Source: Vicugna vicugna (lineage: Eukaryota). Taken from it: a stretch of DNA of 64,000 nt. Below the pieces are notes generated by a model. The model was not told the origin of the DNA, searched no databases, and saw nothing but the letters and a program-made list of their open reading frames with translations. The position numbers and the translations under genes were made by a program. Location: positions 3,607,308 through 3,671,307 of the forward strand of contig MU061578.1 in NCBI GenBank assembly GCA_013265495.1. Reading direction: 5' to 3'. This document shows positions 13,901-26,900 of the stretch, piece after piece. The first letter of the stretch is position 1, and each line of letters begins with the position of its first letter.

Positions 13901-16900
13901 CTGAACAGAGCTAGGGGCTGGCTGTGGTCGGTGGCCTCCAGGTTTGAGGGTGGCCACAGCCCTTTACTTTGCTATCTATGTGCAGCTTGGGAGCCTGCAG
14001 GCTAGACCCGCCGCGGCCAAGCAGACTCAAGCGGGTGGAGCTGGTGGACACTCGTTGCTCTCCTCCTTCTGGCTTGTGTTTCTGAACCCACGGCCCAGGA
14101 CACATGGCTCGTGTCTGCCAGAGCTGCATGCCAAGTCTGAGGAAGGCCCACGATGTGCTGAATCTGGACTCCGGGTCTGATCTGTGACTCGCAACTCTCT
14201 TGCTCCTCCACGCAGCTCAGACATTTGCTCCCCAACTACTCCCACCTACACCTGGTGCTGACGTTCGGCTCTCTCCTTGGGGGCCTAGGAAGATCAGAGA
14301 ATCCCCCTCCAGGAGGCCTGGCGACATGAAGCACTCAGTCAACGGGAAGCGGGCGCTGCGTCTCAAGATGGATGTGGGATGGGCCTGGCTGCTCCTCGTG
14401 GGGGAGTCTCACTGACCGTCTGCTCTGGACGGGGAAGCCGGTGCACCCACTCCGGCTGACGAGGAGGCTCAGAGCAGGCTCTCCAGGTGCCAGGCACTGT
14501 GGTCACCCAGAGTCAAGGCCACACAGGCTAAGCTGCTGCTGACCAGGGAAGAAATGTGGACTAAAATAAGGTTTCCATGGCGGAGACCACCTGATGGCCA
14601 CTCTGATACCAACTGAGGCCTCACAACCTCCTCGAAACTCTCAGTTACTTAGAGAGAATAATTAAGTGTCGCAGGCGTGGATTCTTCAAAGATGACAGCA
14701 CCATCCCTGTTATGAGCAGGAAACCCATTAGCTTCATGGTTAAAAATGGGAAAAGGAGAAAGCGCTTCCCTCCTGATGGGCTGTCACTCGCCTGAGCCAG
14801 CCCCGCCCCCAGCTGCCCTGGGGAGCACTTGCAGCTCTAAGTCACTCTGTCTGTAAAGGGTATATCTCTGTCCCACCAGCCCATTTTGCAGTCACTGGTG
14901 GCAAAGGGCAGTTTTACACCTTGGGGACAAGAAAGCGCCCAGATGCAGTTCTGGGGCCACCCTGTCCCCACAGGTGCCAACACCTTGCTCTGTCGCCAGC
15001 ATGCCACCTTTAAGCGCAGCCAGAGCCATGGGCAGGTGGGGCTCAGAGACCAAAGCACAAGGTGTGGGGCAGCAGTAGGGGTGCCGTCTGGAGGGATGAC
15101 TTAGAATTTGGCCCTGGCAGGGACAGTTCTGCATCCTGCTCACGGCATCCGCAGGACCTCACAGTGGCCACATGCTTGGATCAGTGGGCCAGTGGCAGCA
15201 CTGGGGGAGGGCTGGGAGGGAAGCCAAGGCAGAGAACATGGTCAGCAGTGGTGGGACATGGAGGCAGCCCCAATTCCCTCTGCTGTGACACCCACCAGGT
15301 GCTGTTTACCCACTCCCCGCTGCCGCTCGACGACCTCAGGCAGCAGGAGAGGAGTGTAGACTCTGGGCTGGTAAGCTTGGGTCTGTACTCAACATGTGAG
15401 GCCCGAGTTACTGGAACATCTCCGGCCGTCAAGGTCCAGTAAAGTGACTTCTGTGAGTGATCAACACCTGAGAAGTCCCAGCTCCACAGAAGCAGCCGAC
15501 CTTGGACTGGGCTCAAGTGGCAGGTGGAGAAAGGGCCCCTCTTCTGGGCAGAAGGTCCAGGGGTCCAGGGTGCGCCCTCCACAAACCCTGACAAGTCCGG
15601 TCCTGCTTCTGCTACTGTGTTCCCTCGTGACACTCCTGTTCCGCAGCTGGGCCTGAGAGTTCTTACTATTGCCACTCGGTGTATGAGGGAGATTCCACTT
15701 GAGAAAAATTGTCTTGCGAGAGCACAGACGGTCAACTGTGTGTGGAGGTGACCCCGCACTGGACAAGCCTGGAGCTCACTCCCTCAAGCCAGCTGGAGCC
15801 CTGACTCCCACTGGTGCAGAGCCACAGATTATGGAGAAAAGGACAGGCCTTGCTGTGTTGTGTCTCCCTGAGAGCCAGGCCTGGGTGGGGAGGGGCCGCA
15901 CAGCAGCCAGGAGTGGAGGGAGATACTGTCCCTGAACCGCCAGCCCACCTGTCACCCAGACAGGATCTGGGAGAGCCACAAGCTGCCAGGTGACTGCTAT
16001 AGACACTGCTCTCCAGAAGGGCACACTCCACCAGACTGGCTGAGACAAAGCACAACATGAGATCAGGTTTTATAAAAAAGAAAAAAAAAAAAAAAAGGGA
16101 GGTTTTCCTTCAGACAAAATCCACCTGTCCTTCACCTGGAAGGGGCATTGGGCTACCGTAAGGTCAGGAAGCCCACCTGGCCTGCAGCCTTACATCCCCC
16201 TCCTAACAGTCACCAGGCCCCCAGCCACAGCCAGGAAGTCTGCATGTGCACGGGGAGGGGAGGGCATCAGCTTGCCCAAGTCCACACACCCCTTCCGCTT
16301 GTCAGAACTGCTTGGCAGAGTTGTCCTCGCTATAAGGAGAGACTGGGGCCCGTCCTCCACTGTCCTCAGGGCCCAGGAGATACTAACACCAACCCCGCTC
16401 CAGAGATGTCGCCACCTCCCTGTGAGAGCTTCTGCTCATCTCCTGCCGGGCCTGGTCTAGAGCCTCCTGTGCCTCCTGCCCCTAGGAATCCTCCAGAACC
16501 GGCATGAAGCGGGCAAGTCTCTTAGGACACAAGCCCCATCTGCCCAGTCTCCTGGTCACTTCTCAGGCACGTGAGGATTTACATCAGAGATTAGATGGTA
16601 AACGGGAGCGCATTTTCGAGCAAATATTTCTGAAAGAGTTCATTAAAGGCTTCACGCTCTAAATAAAATCATTGTAAATCGCATGCTACCAATTAGGAAG
16701 CATTTAGAAAATTGCCAGTCTATGTCTTAAGGATGTCCTTAGGCACTGCAGGCAATAGGAAGTGACCTGGTGACCCACACAGGAGCCTTCCTCCCACTGC
16801 ACTTGGTCACGGTGCTGGTTAATACTCAGTTGCTGTGGCAACTAGACTTCAGAGCCCCAGGTGTCCCCTGCTGCTCAGATCCACACAGGTGTCACTAGCT

Positions 16901-18489
16901 AGCCCGAAAACAAAATCCATAGTAATGACCTTAGCTGGCTTTATTGGTTTGGGATAAACACAAGAATGCTTCCTGTCAACGGAAATGGGACTTGGCAACA
17001 AAGGTTTTTCAGGATTAATATATTCCAAATATTTAACATATATCAGGCTGAAGGGCACAGGGCCTTACTACTTCTTTGTCTTTGTTTTCTGTGCATGAAA
17101 ATTAGCTGAAGCTCGTCGCAAGGTGCCTTGTCAGACTCCTAATGAGACGCCAGGCAGTGCTGTCCCAGGGCTGCCTGTGATGACGGGATGTTCTGATTTG
17201 CCTTCTGCCTGTGCTGTCCAGGACCCTGGCCATGTGGGACGCTTGAGCTTGAAACACAGCTGGACATGGTCAGGGCAGATCTGGACCCTGCTCTTGGTCA
17301 ACCCAGGAGGCACGTTTGTCCACAGGCCTTGCACAGAGTGGCCAGCCCATCCCAGTACCACAGAAGGGTGAGCTTCTGCCCCCTCCCCACAATCTTGTGC
17401 TGTGAGAGTGGGGGTCACCCTCACTCCTCTTAACCTTGGAGGATGACCCATTTTACCCACAGCTTCTCGAAAGTGTCTCCATACACTTGTGAACACGGTG
17501 CCAGTGTCCTCCCTACTGCCCACAGCAGGCCCATCACACAAGGGAGGGTGGGCCTCGCTTACATGGAGAGGCCGGCGTGTCTAGTTACTACACAAACACT
17601 CGGACTGTCAGAAATGATGGGGAGGGTCAGCTCATCTGGAAAGGAGGGAATTACGCACACTTCTCCACCCAGTGGGCGGTCAGGTCAGAGGTCATGGCAG
17701 CCCTTAGGCCTCTGCCTCACTTAGACTGGGGGTCAGTGCCAGGGAAACACCAGTGTTCATCCTTCCCTCCCCACACCTCTGTTTGTCCCCATGCCTGAAA
17801 ATAATTGATCACAGCTTCACAGCCCTGGGAAGCTGGTTGTCTCTGGCCCTCCAGGAAGGTCAGTGTGATGGGCACCCCACCGCACAGGCCTACAATGGGC
17901 AGTGTGAACACCCCACGAGGATGAGGAGGGGAGGGGCAGGCATCTTGGCCACTGAACCAGGACCCAGTAGGCACTTCTGGCAGCCACAGTCTCAATCAGG
18001 GTCTGTGTGGTGGCTCAGTGACCCCGGGATGGGTAGTGATGACCTCAGGCACCATGTCCTTGTTGCCATCAGAAGTTTCCAGAAGGATCGGTGTACAGGA
18101 GAGGATCAGGTTTCAGCTGAGTCAGCTGATGCATATCATCACAGGAAAATACCACAAGTGACCCACAGTAGAGAGGGTGAAGCTGACCAGTGCCCCACTG
18201 ACTGCCTCACCCACTTGCTCTGCCCTGGGGTCTCCTCCCTCGCAGGCAAACCCAGGCCCCATAGATCTCTGCCCCCAGTGCCCGTCCCGGCTGCCCTCGG
18301 GTCAAGTGTCTGCTCAGACACCACCTTCTCAGGAAGACCTTCGTAGATGTAATGTTTGCAACTAGGTAGGCTTCAGTCCACCCTAGCACTGCCTGCCAAC
18401 AGCACTCACCAAGCTCACACACTGCTTATTTCACTTCTTCCTGTTCTCCATTCCTTCTACACCCAGGACACAAGCTCCAAGCAGACAAG

Positions 18490-19150
18490 GCAAAGCATCC
18501 ATGATAAGTATGTTCAAGGATGTAAATGAAAATATGATCATAAGTCATAAACAGATAAGAGAACTTGGAAGAGAAACAGAACTATACAAAAAGAAAAAAT
18601 TCTAGAAGTGAAACTATAACTCAATAAAATAAAATTTTAAAAAATTCCAGAAGTGAAAAATATCTGAAATTTAAATTCTACTTGATGAGCTTAATAGCAG
18701 ATTGGAGAACAGAGAATAAAAAGGTTGGTAAATACGAAGAGAGTTCAAAGTTATTCAAGCTAAAGAAAAGAGACTCAAAAATTGAATAACAAAAGAACAG
18801 ACTTCCAGGAACTGGTGGAATAACATCAAAAGTTCAAACATATGTGTAATTGGAATGTGAGGAGAGGAGAAAGAAATGGGGCATAAAAAAACTTTGTAAA
18901 AAATACTGGCAAAAATTATCCAAATTTGATAAAAGACATAAATTACAAATTCAAAAACCTTAGGGAATCATAAGCAGGTTAATATTCTTCCAAAATGCCA
19001 CATGGTGACACATCATAGTCAAACTGCTGTAAACCAAAGGCAGGACCTCCAAAGCAGTGCCAGAAAAGACATTACATTCAGAGAGCTGACAAGAGGAATA
19101 GCAGCCGACTCCTCATCAGAAACAATGGAAGTGAGAAGTCAGTGAACCAA
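18490..19150 (+). mobile_element. Degraded L1 ORF1-region fragment
   Basis: A-rich, with atgtgtaattggaat..., catcatagtcaaactgctg and gactcctcatcagaaacaatggaa, typical of L1 ORF1 remnants. Confidence 0.7.
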
Positions 19151-19879
19151 ACGCAGTCTTAATCCTGATGGGCTGTCTGCTCCGAGATGGGAGCCAGGAA
19201 TCCAGAAGCTTTTTAGACAACAAGAGACCTAAACTGCCTGCATGAGGAGGAAGTTGAGCATAATCCAAGAACATTCTGGCGATCCCAGTACAGGTGTGAA
19301 GGGAAGAATCACTGATCTCTATTAGCAGCCTCTATCAGGCTGTTTGTCTAAGCAAGGCAAAGGCAGAATGCTATCTGTCATTACAGAACATGCTGAAAAG
19401 GCACTCGATAAAAACAGACCATTTTCTTTTGGACATAAATCAAAGAGGTAAGACTTTGACCTAAGTGCCTTATACTAACAACAATGAATGGAAAAAATAT
19501 TACCCATCATTATAAAAAACCTTGTGGCCTATGGATGAGAAAGCAGGAGAAACTTCTCTAACATTAAGTAAGATCTGCTTTTATTCCAGGCATTTTGATT
19601 TCATTTTCCAGAATCCTCTAGCTGCCATTCACACCATTAACTCTGTCCTTCCCCACCAGCCACTGAAACCAAGGATCTCATGTGGAAAGGACAGGACACA
19701 AGGGTCCTGCGGAGAGGGATCAACTGAGCAGGCCCTCTGGGAAGTTATTGGAGGAGCTTGGCACGAAGCAAACCTTCCCTCTTCACAGGGAGCATCAGGT
19801 GGGGATCAAAAGTCCTGTGAGTTCTTACTGGACTCAACCTTAGAATAGAACAGATTCAGTCTTACCTTTTCCCATTACC

Positions 19880-20470
19880 TAAATGGGAGTGGTGACTAGT
19901 TGGGAGAGCACAAGGGGACTTCCTGAGGTGATGGTAATTCTCTGTGCATTGATGAGGGTTTGGATTACCCAGGCACATGCATCTGTCAAAACTAACATCT
20001 ATTTATGATCTGCACATTTCATTGTGGATGAATTCTTTGTCAAGGCAAATATCTGAACATACGCTGAGATCTTGTTAACGGCCTGCACACTGAGTCTTTT
20101 TAGGGGCAGAGGCACTGATATCTGGCATTTACTTTGAAATGCATCAAAATATATGATGGACTGATGGGTAGAGAGTTAAATAAATTAGCTAAATAACAAA
20201 CTAGTAAAATATAAACTGTAGAATCTAGGTGGGTCCAGAGATAGGTTTTTTTACTATATAATTCTTTAAACTTTCTCTGTATGCTTGAAATTTTTCATAA
20301 ATGATTTTAAAAGTCCTATTCAACACTGTAGTGGAGGTCCTAGCTACTGCAATAATGAGAAAAAGAAATAAAAGCTTAAGGTTTGAAGTGAGAAAAAAAA
20401 TATGACTGCCTACATAGAAATTAAAAAATAATAGGAAAAAAACCCACAAGAGAGTCTACAGAAAATGAGC
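19880..20470 (+). mobile_element. Old L1 (L1ME-like) 3' end plus ORF2 fragment
   Basis: tttactttgaaatgcatcaaaa..., ctgtatgcttgaaatttttcataa and tattcaacactgtagtggaggtcctagc. Confidence 0.6.
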
Positions 20471-23400
20471 TCAGCTACTGAATTTAAGGTGTTAACAGAG
20501 TGATTGGAAATGACATTAAATGGAGTCCTCTGGAATGCTTGGGACCAAGTCCTTCTGAAAATTAAGTAAAGGAAAGGGTGATAGGTTTATTCTGACTGCC
20601 CCAGAGAAACTGCATTTAGAGCAGCTGAAGAGTTGATGAGGAAACATTACTTAGATTAAAAAAAAAAAAACAAGACAACAAATGCAAGCAGAACGACAGA
20701 GTTGGAACACCAGCACCCTGCAGGCCCTAGTGGGTGAGTTCAGGCAACAACCGAGGCTACCGGGGCCCAGCGGTGTGGCTGGTGGGGACTTTCTAAGGAT
20801 GGAGCAGGCTGGGAAGGCCTTCCCTCAGCAATCTTACCACCACAGAGGGGAAAGGCAGGCTGTCCCCCCTGACGGGCTGCAACAAGAAAGTCTCTGACGT
20901 GGTCTGGTGCTCTCCAACCAGCTCCTGGGCGGCGGGGGGCCCGGGGAGGGAGTTAGCCCCGTGCAGCACGAGCCTGGCGCTCCCTGACTGCAACACACTC
21001 GTGTCAGAGCTCATCAATGAAATGTGTCGAATCCTCATCTGGACAGACTGACTATAGACAGGGCATTTGTTTGAGATAACCGGCAACACTGGAACACTGA
21101 CTAAATACCTGATAGAACTGGTCCTAAGTTTTTAGGCGCCATGATGGTACTGTAGTTACATTGCTCTTAAAGGCCCCACCCTTTAGAGGTGTTCAGTGAA
21201 GAATTTCTAAACGAAGTGACACAATGCACGGGGTTTACTTCAGTAGAGGAGCGGAAGGGGAGTCGGTGAATGGAAGGCCAGCGTGTGCCTGAGGATGGTG
21301 GCGTCTTAGATGGCTCACTGGGCACATAAGGTCACTCTCTTTGCTTTCACATTTGCTTGAAATTTTTCATAGCCAAAAGTTAAAGAAAAACAAACAAGCA
21401 AAGGATTCCCTTATCTTCTGCCTGGACGTTTAAAACTGACCACTGGCATTCTCACAAAACGTAAGCAAATTGTGAAATGCTGCTCTTTACACTGCCATTT
21501 GTTCTAGAAGCCAAACTTACAGTGTATGTGGGAAAAAGTCTTTAAAATACGTATTTAAAAGCTTTCTGGAGAAAATCATTAAACATTTTGGAGGGACACA
21601 GAAGATAAATTAAAAAAAAAAAACTCAAAAGAATGAGCATGAGTTCTACAGGAGATGCCATCAGAACAGCTGTAAGTCATCATCCTGGCAGCTGGGGTGA
21701 CCCGCCTGCAGTGGTTGAGTCTGATCAAACCACTCAGGCATAACTCTAAAAACAATTACAACTCTTTTCCAGGACAAGACAGGAGATGTGTTTTTCAGAG
21801 TGACTGGTTTCCCGAGGAGGCTCAGAACTGGAAGCTGAAATAGGGCTGAGACGCTTCTCTGACTGTTTGGACTCAGAGGTCCTCCAACCATAGCCTGAGG
21901 TAAAGCAGGATGTGGGCAGAGACCCTGGCTCCGCACGCCTGACGCAGTGCAGCTGACCCAGAGCGTGGGCGTTCTGTAAGGCAGGAGGGAAGAAAAGCAG
22001 GACCCAGGATCCAGGTGCAGATGGCCACATCCTCAAAGAGAATGTTCTGCTCCAGTTCAATGTTCACATAAAAAAGAGGGTGCACCCACCCAAACATCCA
22101 GTGGTATCAATTGTCTTGAACCCGGGTCCTGAACCAAATGGTCGGGGGGCAGGGGCCAGAATTTCAACACTGAAAATGGTGTCCCAGTGTTTATGCTGCA
22201 AGGCTGACACTTGTCCTGCTGTCATGTGCAAATGAACTAGGGTGAGACCACCCCCTCCATCCTGCAACAGCCAGCACTTCTCACCAAATTAGAACCTGAG
22301 ACACACCGATGTGACAAGACCTTCTTGTGAGCCTCTCAACAAAACCACACACGCAGACTTGAATCGTAGGAAGAAGGGGCCGGGCCACCGAGAGTCCAGA
22401 GGAGTACGAGGCCTGGAGAAGTCCGCTGGCGCGACCAGAATCAGGTCTTGTTTCCTGTGTCACTGCTTTCATCCTCCAAGCCCTGCTGCCTTTCTTGAGG
22501 CAGATCAAATAGCTCTTCCTCAGATGAAAGGACATTTCTTGCCATCAAAAAATAGAAAACCCAAGACACAGCACAAATGCAACGGGCAGAAGGACACTGA
22601 ACTCACCAGGTCCTGAGGAAGTGCCAAGCACCTGGCTGGATCCCAGTGACACCCCCTCCCCATGTCTGTAGACCTGCCGAGCACTGGGCACAGAAAAGGA
22701 AAAGTCTTGAGCAGCTTTCTGTCGCACCCCTCCGCTGCTCTCCTGTTTGGCCCGCCGCCCACAGCAGCACATCAGCAAAGCTCAGACCATGAGGCCATCA
22801 TGCCCCCTCCCTGCCTGCTCTACGGTGTGGATGCGCCCTCCAAGAAGCATTGTCTCCAGGACCATCTGTGGGTCCAGGAACCCTGGCCAGTGCCTCCTGC
22901 CAGGCAGCAGTGCAGAAAGCAGGTCAACTTTGAGACTGGGCAGAAACTGGTCCCTCCTCTGTGGCTCAATACCCTGCCACCCACCACAGACCTCCACCCT
23001 CCCAAGTCCCAGCACACTGGGTCCCCACAGCCCCCAACCCAGATTCATTCTGCCTCCACCTACAGCTCACTGAGACCCCTCCCAGAGAAGGAAGAGCCTT
23101 TCCACGGGCAGAGGCACTCCTCCCACCTGAGCACCTGGCCAGCAAGTCCCTTGGCCTCAAGACCCCCCCACCCAACTGCCCAGGGTTCTCAGAAGCCTGC
23201 CATGAACACCAGCTCCTCATGTCTGAGTCCTGCTCATATATGTTCATTTTTATTTCATTTTGTTAAAACTAACATATTGACCCTTAACTGAAGGCAGAAG
23301 TGTTCAGTGAAGATAGATCAGAACTAGAAAGAAGAATAAAGTTGTCTGCTCACCCAGAGATAAACCTGGTTAATACCTTGGTCTCAGATTTCAAAACAGA

Positions 23401-23699
23401 TTTGACAGATTTTTAAAGAAGCAAAATGGAATACAGTGCATGTTGCTTAAAACCAATGTTAAAATATCACAAGTGTTTCTTCATATACTGAACGGCACTG
23501 TGGTCACCAAATCATATTGTACAAGGACCCACAGAGAAGAGACACATGTATATGGAACTAGTTGCCAGTGGCTGACCCTCTGAAACTCCTCTTTTCCTCC
23601 CAGCACAAGTAGCCCTCGGTCTGGACCTGGCCCTGCTGTAGCAGCCCTGCCAGGGAGATGGTGACCAGCCTGCACATGCACAACCATGCTGACGTCTCG

Positions 23700-24080
23700 T
23701 CCTCCAGGGAGGTCCCTACCAACTCATCTGCCCCAGTGGCACCTGTCCCCAATCCCCAACCCCCAACCCGTCCAGTCATGAGAAAACACCAGATAAGCCC
23801 AACTGGAGGAACATCCTACCAAATATACGGCCAGACCTGCTCAAAACTATCAAGGTCATGAAAACCCAGGCAAGTCCAGAGACCACAGGGGACGAAGGAG
23901 CCATATCGGCTAATGCAGAGCAGGGCCCCTGGACTGGAAGGGGCACTGGCAGAATCCAACAGCGTCTTAGTCCAGCTGTAGTGACTGGTGCTGTGGTAAG
24001 ATGTTGACTAAGGGGCTGGATGAGGTGCCCTGGTGACTCTGAACCATCTCTGTAACTCCAAACCAACGTTGAGATCTTTT
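23700..24080 (+). mobile_element. L1MC-type 3'UTR fragment (related pieces at about 36560-37040 and 47380-47760)
   Basis: cagtcatgagaaaa...accaaatata...ccagacctgctcaaaact is shared with 47468-47545. Confidence 0.6.
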
Positions 24081-25899
24081 TAAGGTGTTGTTGACTCATT
24101 TCACCAGGATGAGCTGCCTAAAGAATCTGGGACGCGGGGCTCTGTCTCGGATGACCTGGCTGAGGCCACCGCCCCTCTAGTAGCCCCCTGGGCTCAGGTT
24201 GAGGAGAGCAGACCCCAGACGGCCCTGCGGCTCTTGCTCTGTGGCTGCCTTCCACTTTGTGTGCTGCCTTCACTTGGGTTCAGGAACTGACTGTGAACGT
24301 TCTGCTCAGCAACTCCTGTGTTGGCTCAGGGTGCCATTCCCAGCTCGGGGGCTGACGCCCAAGGAAAGCTACTAGCGCGTCAGTGCACACGATCGCCCAG
24401 AAACACGGGCGCACACACGCAACTGCACCAGCAGTTCTGGGTCTGGAGATATGTGCACTGAAAATCAAAGAAAACAAGGAATCAGGTTTCTTGATGCTGT
24501 GTGCACCCACTACCAGCATGGCCTCCCAAGCTGAGGGTGGCCTGGAATAGGCATGAGGCTTCTCTCCAGAGTGATGACCATCTGCCTTCTCATGACAGCT
24601 CAGAGGACCTAGAGTCCTCGATTTCAAACACAGGCTCCCCGTGGGCCAGCCGAGCTGTAATTAAGCTTCTCTGTCCTATTAGCTGCAGGGACAGTGTGAA
24701 CGGGGCAAAGCCTGGTCCTCGTGGGGCTGACAGACCGTGGGGGAGGGGCACACAGCACAGATGGAAGATCCAGGGCAGAGGTGACAAGCTGGAGAAGAAC
24801 AGGACTGGGACTGGGGCTGGGGGAAGCCTGCCTGCGGGGAAGGAGATTGGGGGAGCACACGGCTCCCCGGGGCACATCCCACAGCAGAAGCAGCCCGTCG
24901 GAGGCCAATAAGTGTCAACGGACGTCACGCAAAATCGACCCCTGAATCCTGTTGGAGGTCCATCTTCTAAATGCCCAGAAGACAGTTACTGAGGCTGAAA
25001 CCAAATGGAAAACCTCGTGAAAGGGACATCAATCTGAGACCAGTAACACGCTGGTGATAAATACAGGGGAACCTACTTTAAAAGAGGTAGAACATTTTTG
25101 GTAGGAGGACGACACGGCCATTAAGAAGGGATTTGTTATACGCACTTGGGAACCATTAATGATACTAAAACTGCATCGGTGTCTGTCTCCATTCAACGAA
25201 TCCACACAGACAAGAGCTGCTATTGTAACAGCAACAAAGCATGGCTTCCTCGTTTAAAATTTCTGTTTTAAAATATCAAAGCATTTACAAAAGAAACTGG
25301 CACACAGCTGCTGCTCCAGAGCTAACCTAACAATGCTGCTCCCTGTTACTGCGCTGGCAAAGGTCAGGCTTGCCGACGCTGTTCCCCCCACACCGACAAT
25401 GGGGCATTGGAGCCAGGAAGCTCCAGGGACACACACCAGACTCTGGAGGTTCCAGGCCAGCCAGTGGCCGAGATGGTGTCCAGTGAGACCAAGAGCCCTT
25501 CTCTGGCTCCTCAGCACTCACTGAGATTCAGGACACACAGGTGGTTTACCTGGCAGGGAAGCCTGTCCGCCTTGCCTCAGACAGGCAAGTGTTAAAGCTG
25601 AAGAAGTAGAGAGAAAGACCCATGTTACCAGCTGCTTTTAGCTGTTTTATATAAACATGATCAATAAAAGGGTTTAAAAATGATCCTCTCTGAGAATACT
25701 GCTCCAGACCACAACAGGGAGGAATGCAGTGGAGATGTGGCTGGGCCTCTGGCCTCACCTCCATCACAACGAGGCACCAGCCCTAAAAACCACAAGGATC
25801 CTTCAGATGGGGAGACAAACGAAACCTAATCTGGCAGAGGGTTAACCTGCCCACCATCTCCAAATCCAAGGCCTCAAAACCATGTGCTCCTGGCCCAAA

Positions 25900-26900
25900 C
25901 AGAAAGCTCCATGAAAGGGGAGAAGGAACTGATAGATTATCTGATGTGTCTGATTCAGTAAAAAATAGTATTGGGAGAGGTCAAGCAGTTGTGCTGGTGA
26001 ACTTGGAACAAATTGCTGAAACATGATCAGAGATGAAAAACAAAGCAAAACAAAAAAGGACAGGCAACTATCAACTCCAGAAAAAACAAAGAGTTACTAG
26101 GAAAAAATTATTATACTTCATTATTGGCTCAGCAGTCAATAATATTTATGTAGTTATAATAATGTAAAGACTAAATACTAATTTCATAAAAATTGTATTT
26201 GTGACATAGTTCAACTGAGATGGTAAGGGGAAGAGTGTTAGAAATGTGGGAGAGTAATGACAGGAAGTACATGGATAACGTCTAAAGGTGATGCATTAAG
26301 AACGACTTGTGTAAACATATAACTTAGAAGTGTGAGGTAAATTCAGAAGTGCTGGAGGACACGAAGGAGTCACTCTGAGAACAGGACGGGGAGAGCAGAG
26401 GTAAACAAAGGTAAGCTGTTTCTGTTATAAGCTGTATAATACAACTGGAATTTATAATCCATTCACATGTCTAATTTTTCAAAAAAATAATTAAAAGAAC
26501 AATCTTCAGGCCATATTATCTAGGTGTAGTGTAATAAAATCAGAAACTGACCAACAAAAAGTAACCTATAAAACCTCAAGTGTTTGGGATTTTTGATGCT
26601 CGTCTCTAAACAGCACTTGGCCAAAGAGGCACCAGCATATGAGGGTTATAATACTACCTGCCACTGTCAGGGGGACACTGAGGTCTTAGCGGACAGGGCC
26701 AGGGACACAGTCAGAGGGGAGTGACCACCTGTTCCCATGCTTTTGTTTGTAGATAAGAAGAATGGAAGATTAATGAGTTAAACAATCAGCTCAAGATCTT
26801 AGAAAATAATAAACCCCTTCCTCCACGAAGGAGGAAGCAACCTGTAAAAAGTAAGAATTAATGAGCCAGAACACACTTAAAAAAAAAAATCTGATAAATA
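25900..26900 (+). mobile_element. Highly degraded old L1 fragments
   Basis: A-rich stretch with L1-like tcagctcaagatcttagaaaa and taaaatcagaaact. Boundaries are uncertain. Confidence 0.45.

Noticed and set aside
16065..16106. Orphan poly(A) run flanked by aggtttt on both sides
   Set aside because: The 7-bp match could be chance and there is no element body. It cannot be told apart from a simple A-tract expansion.
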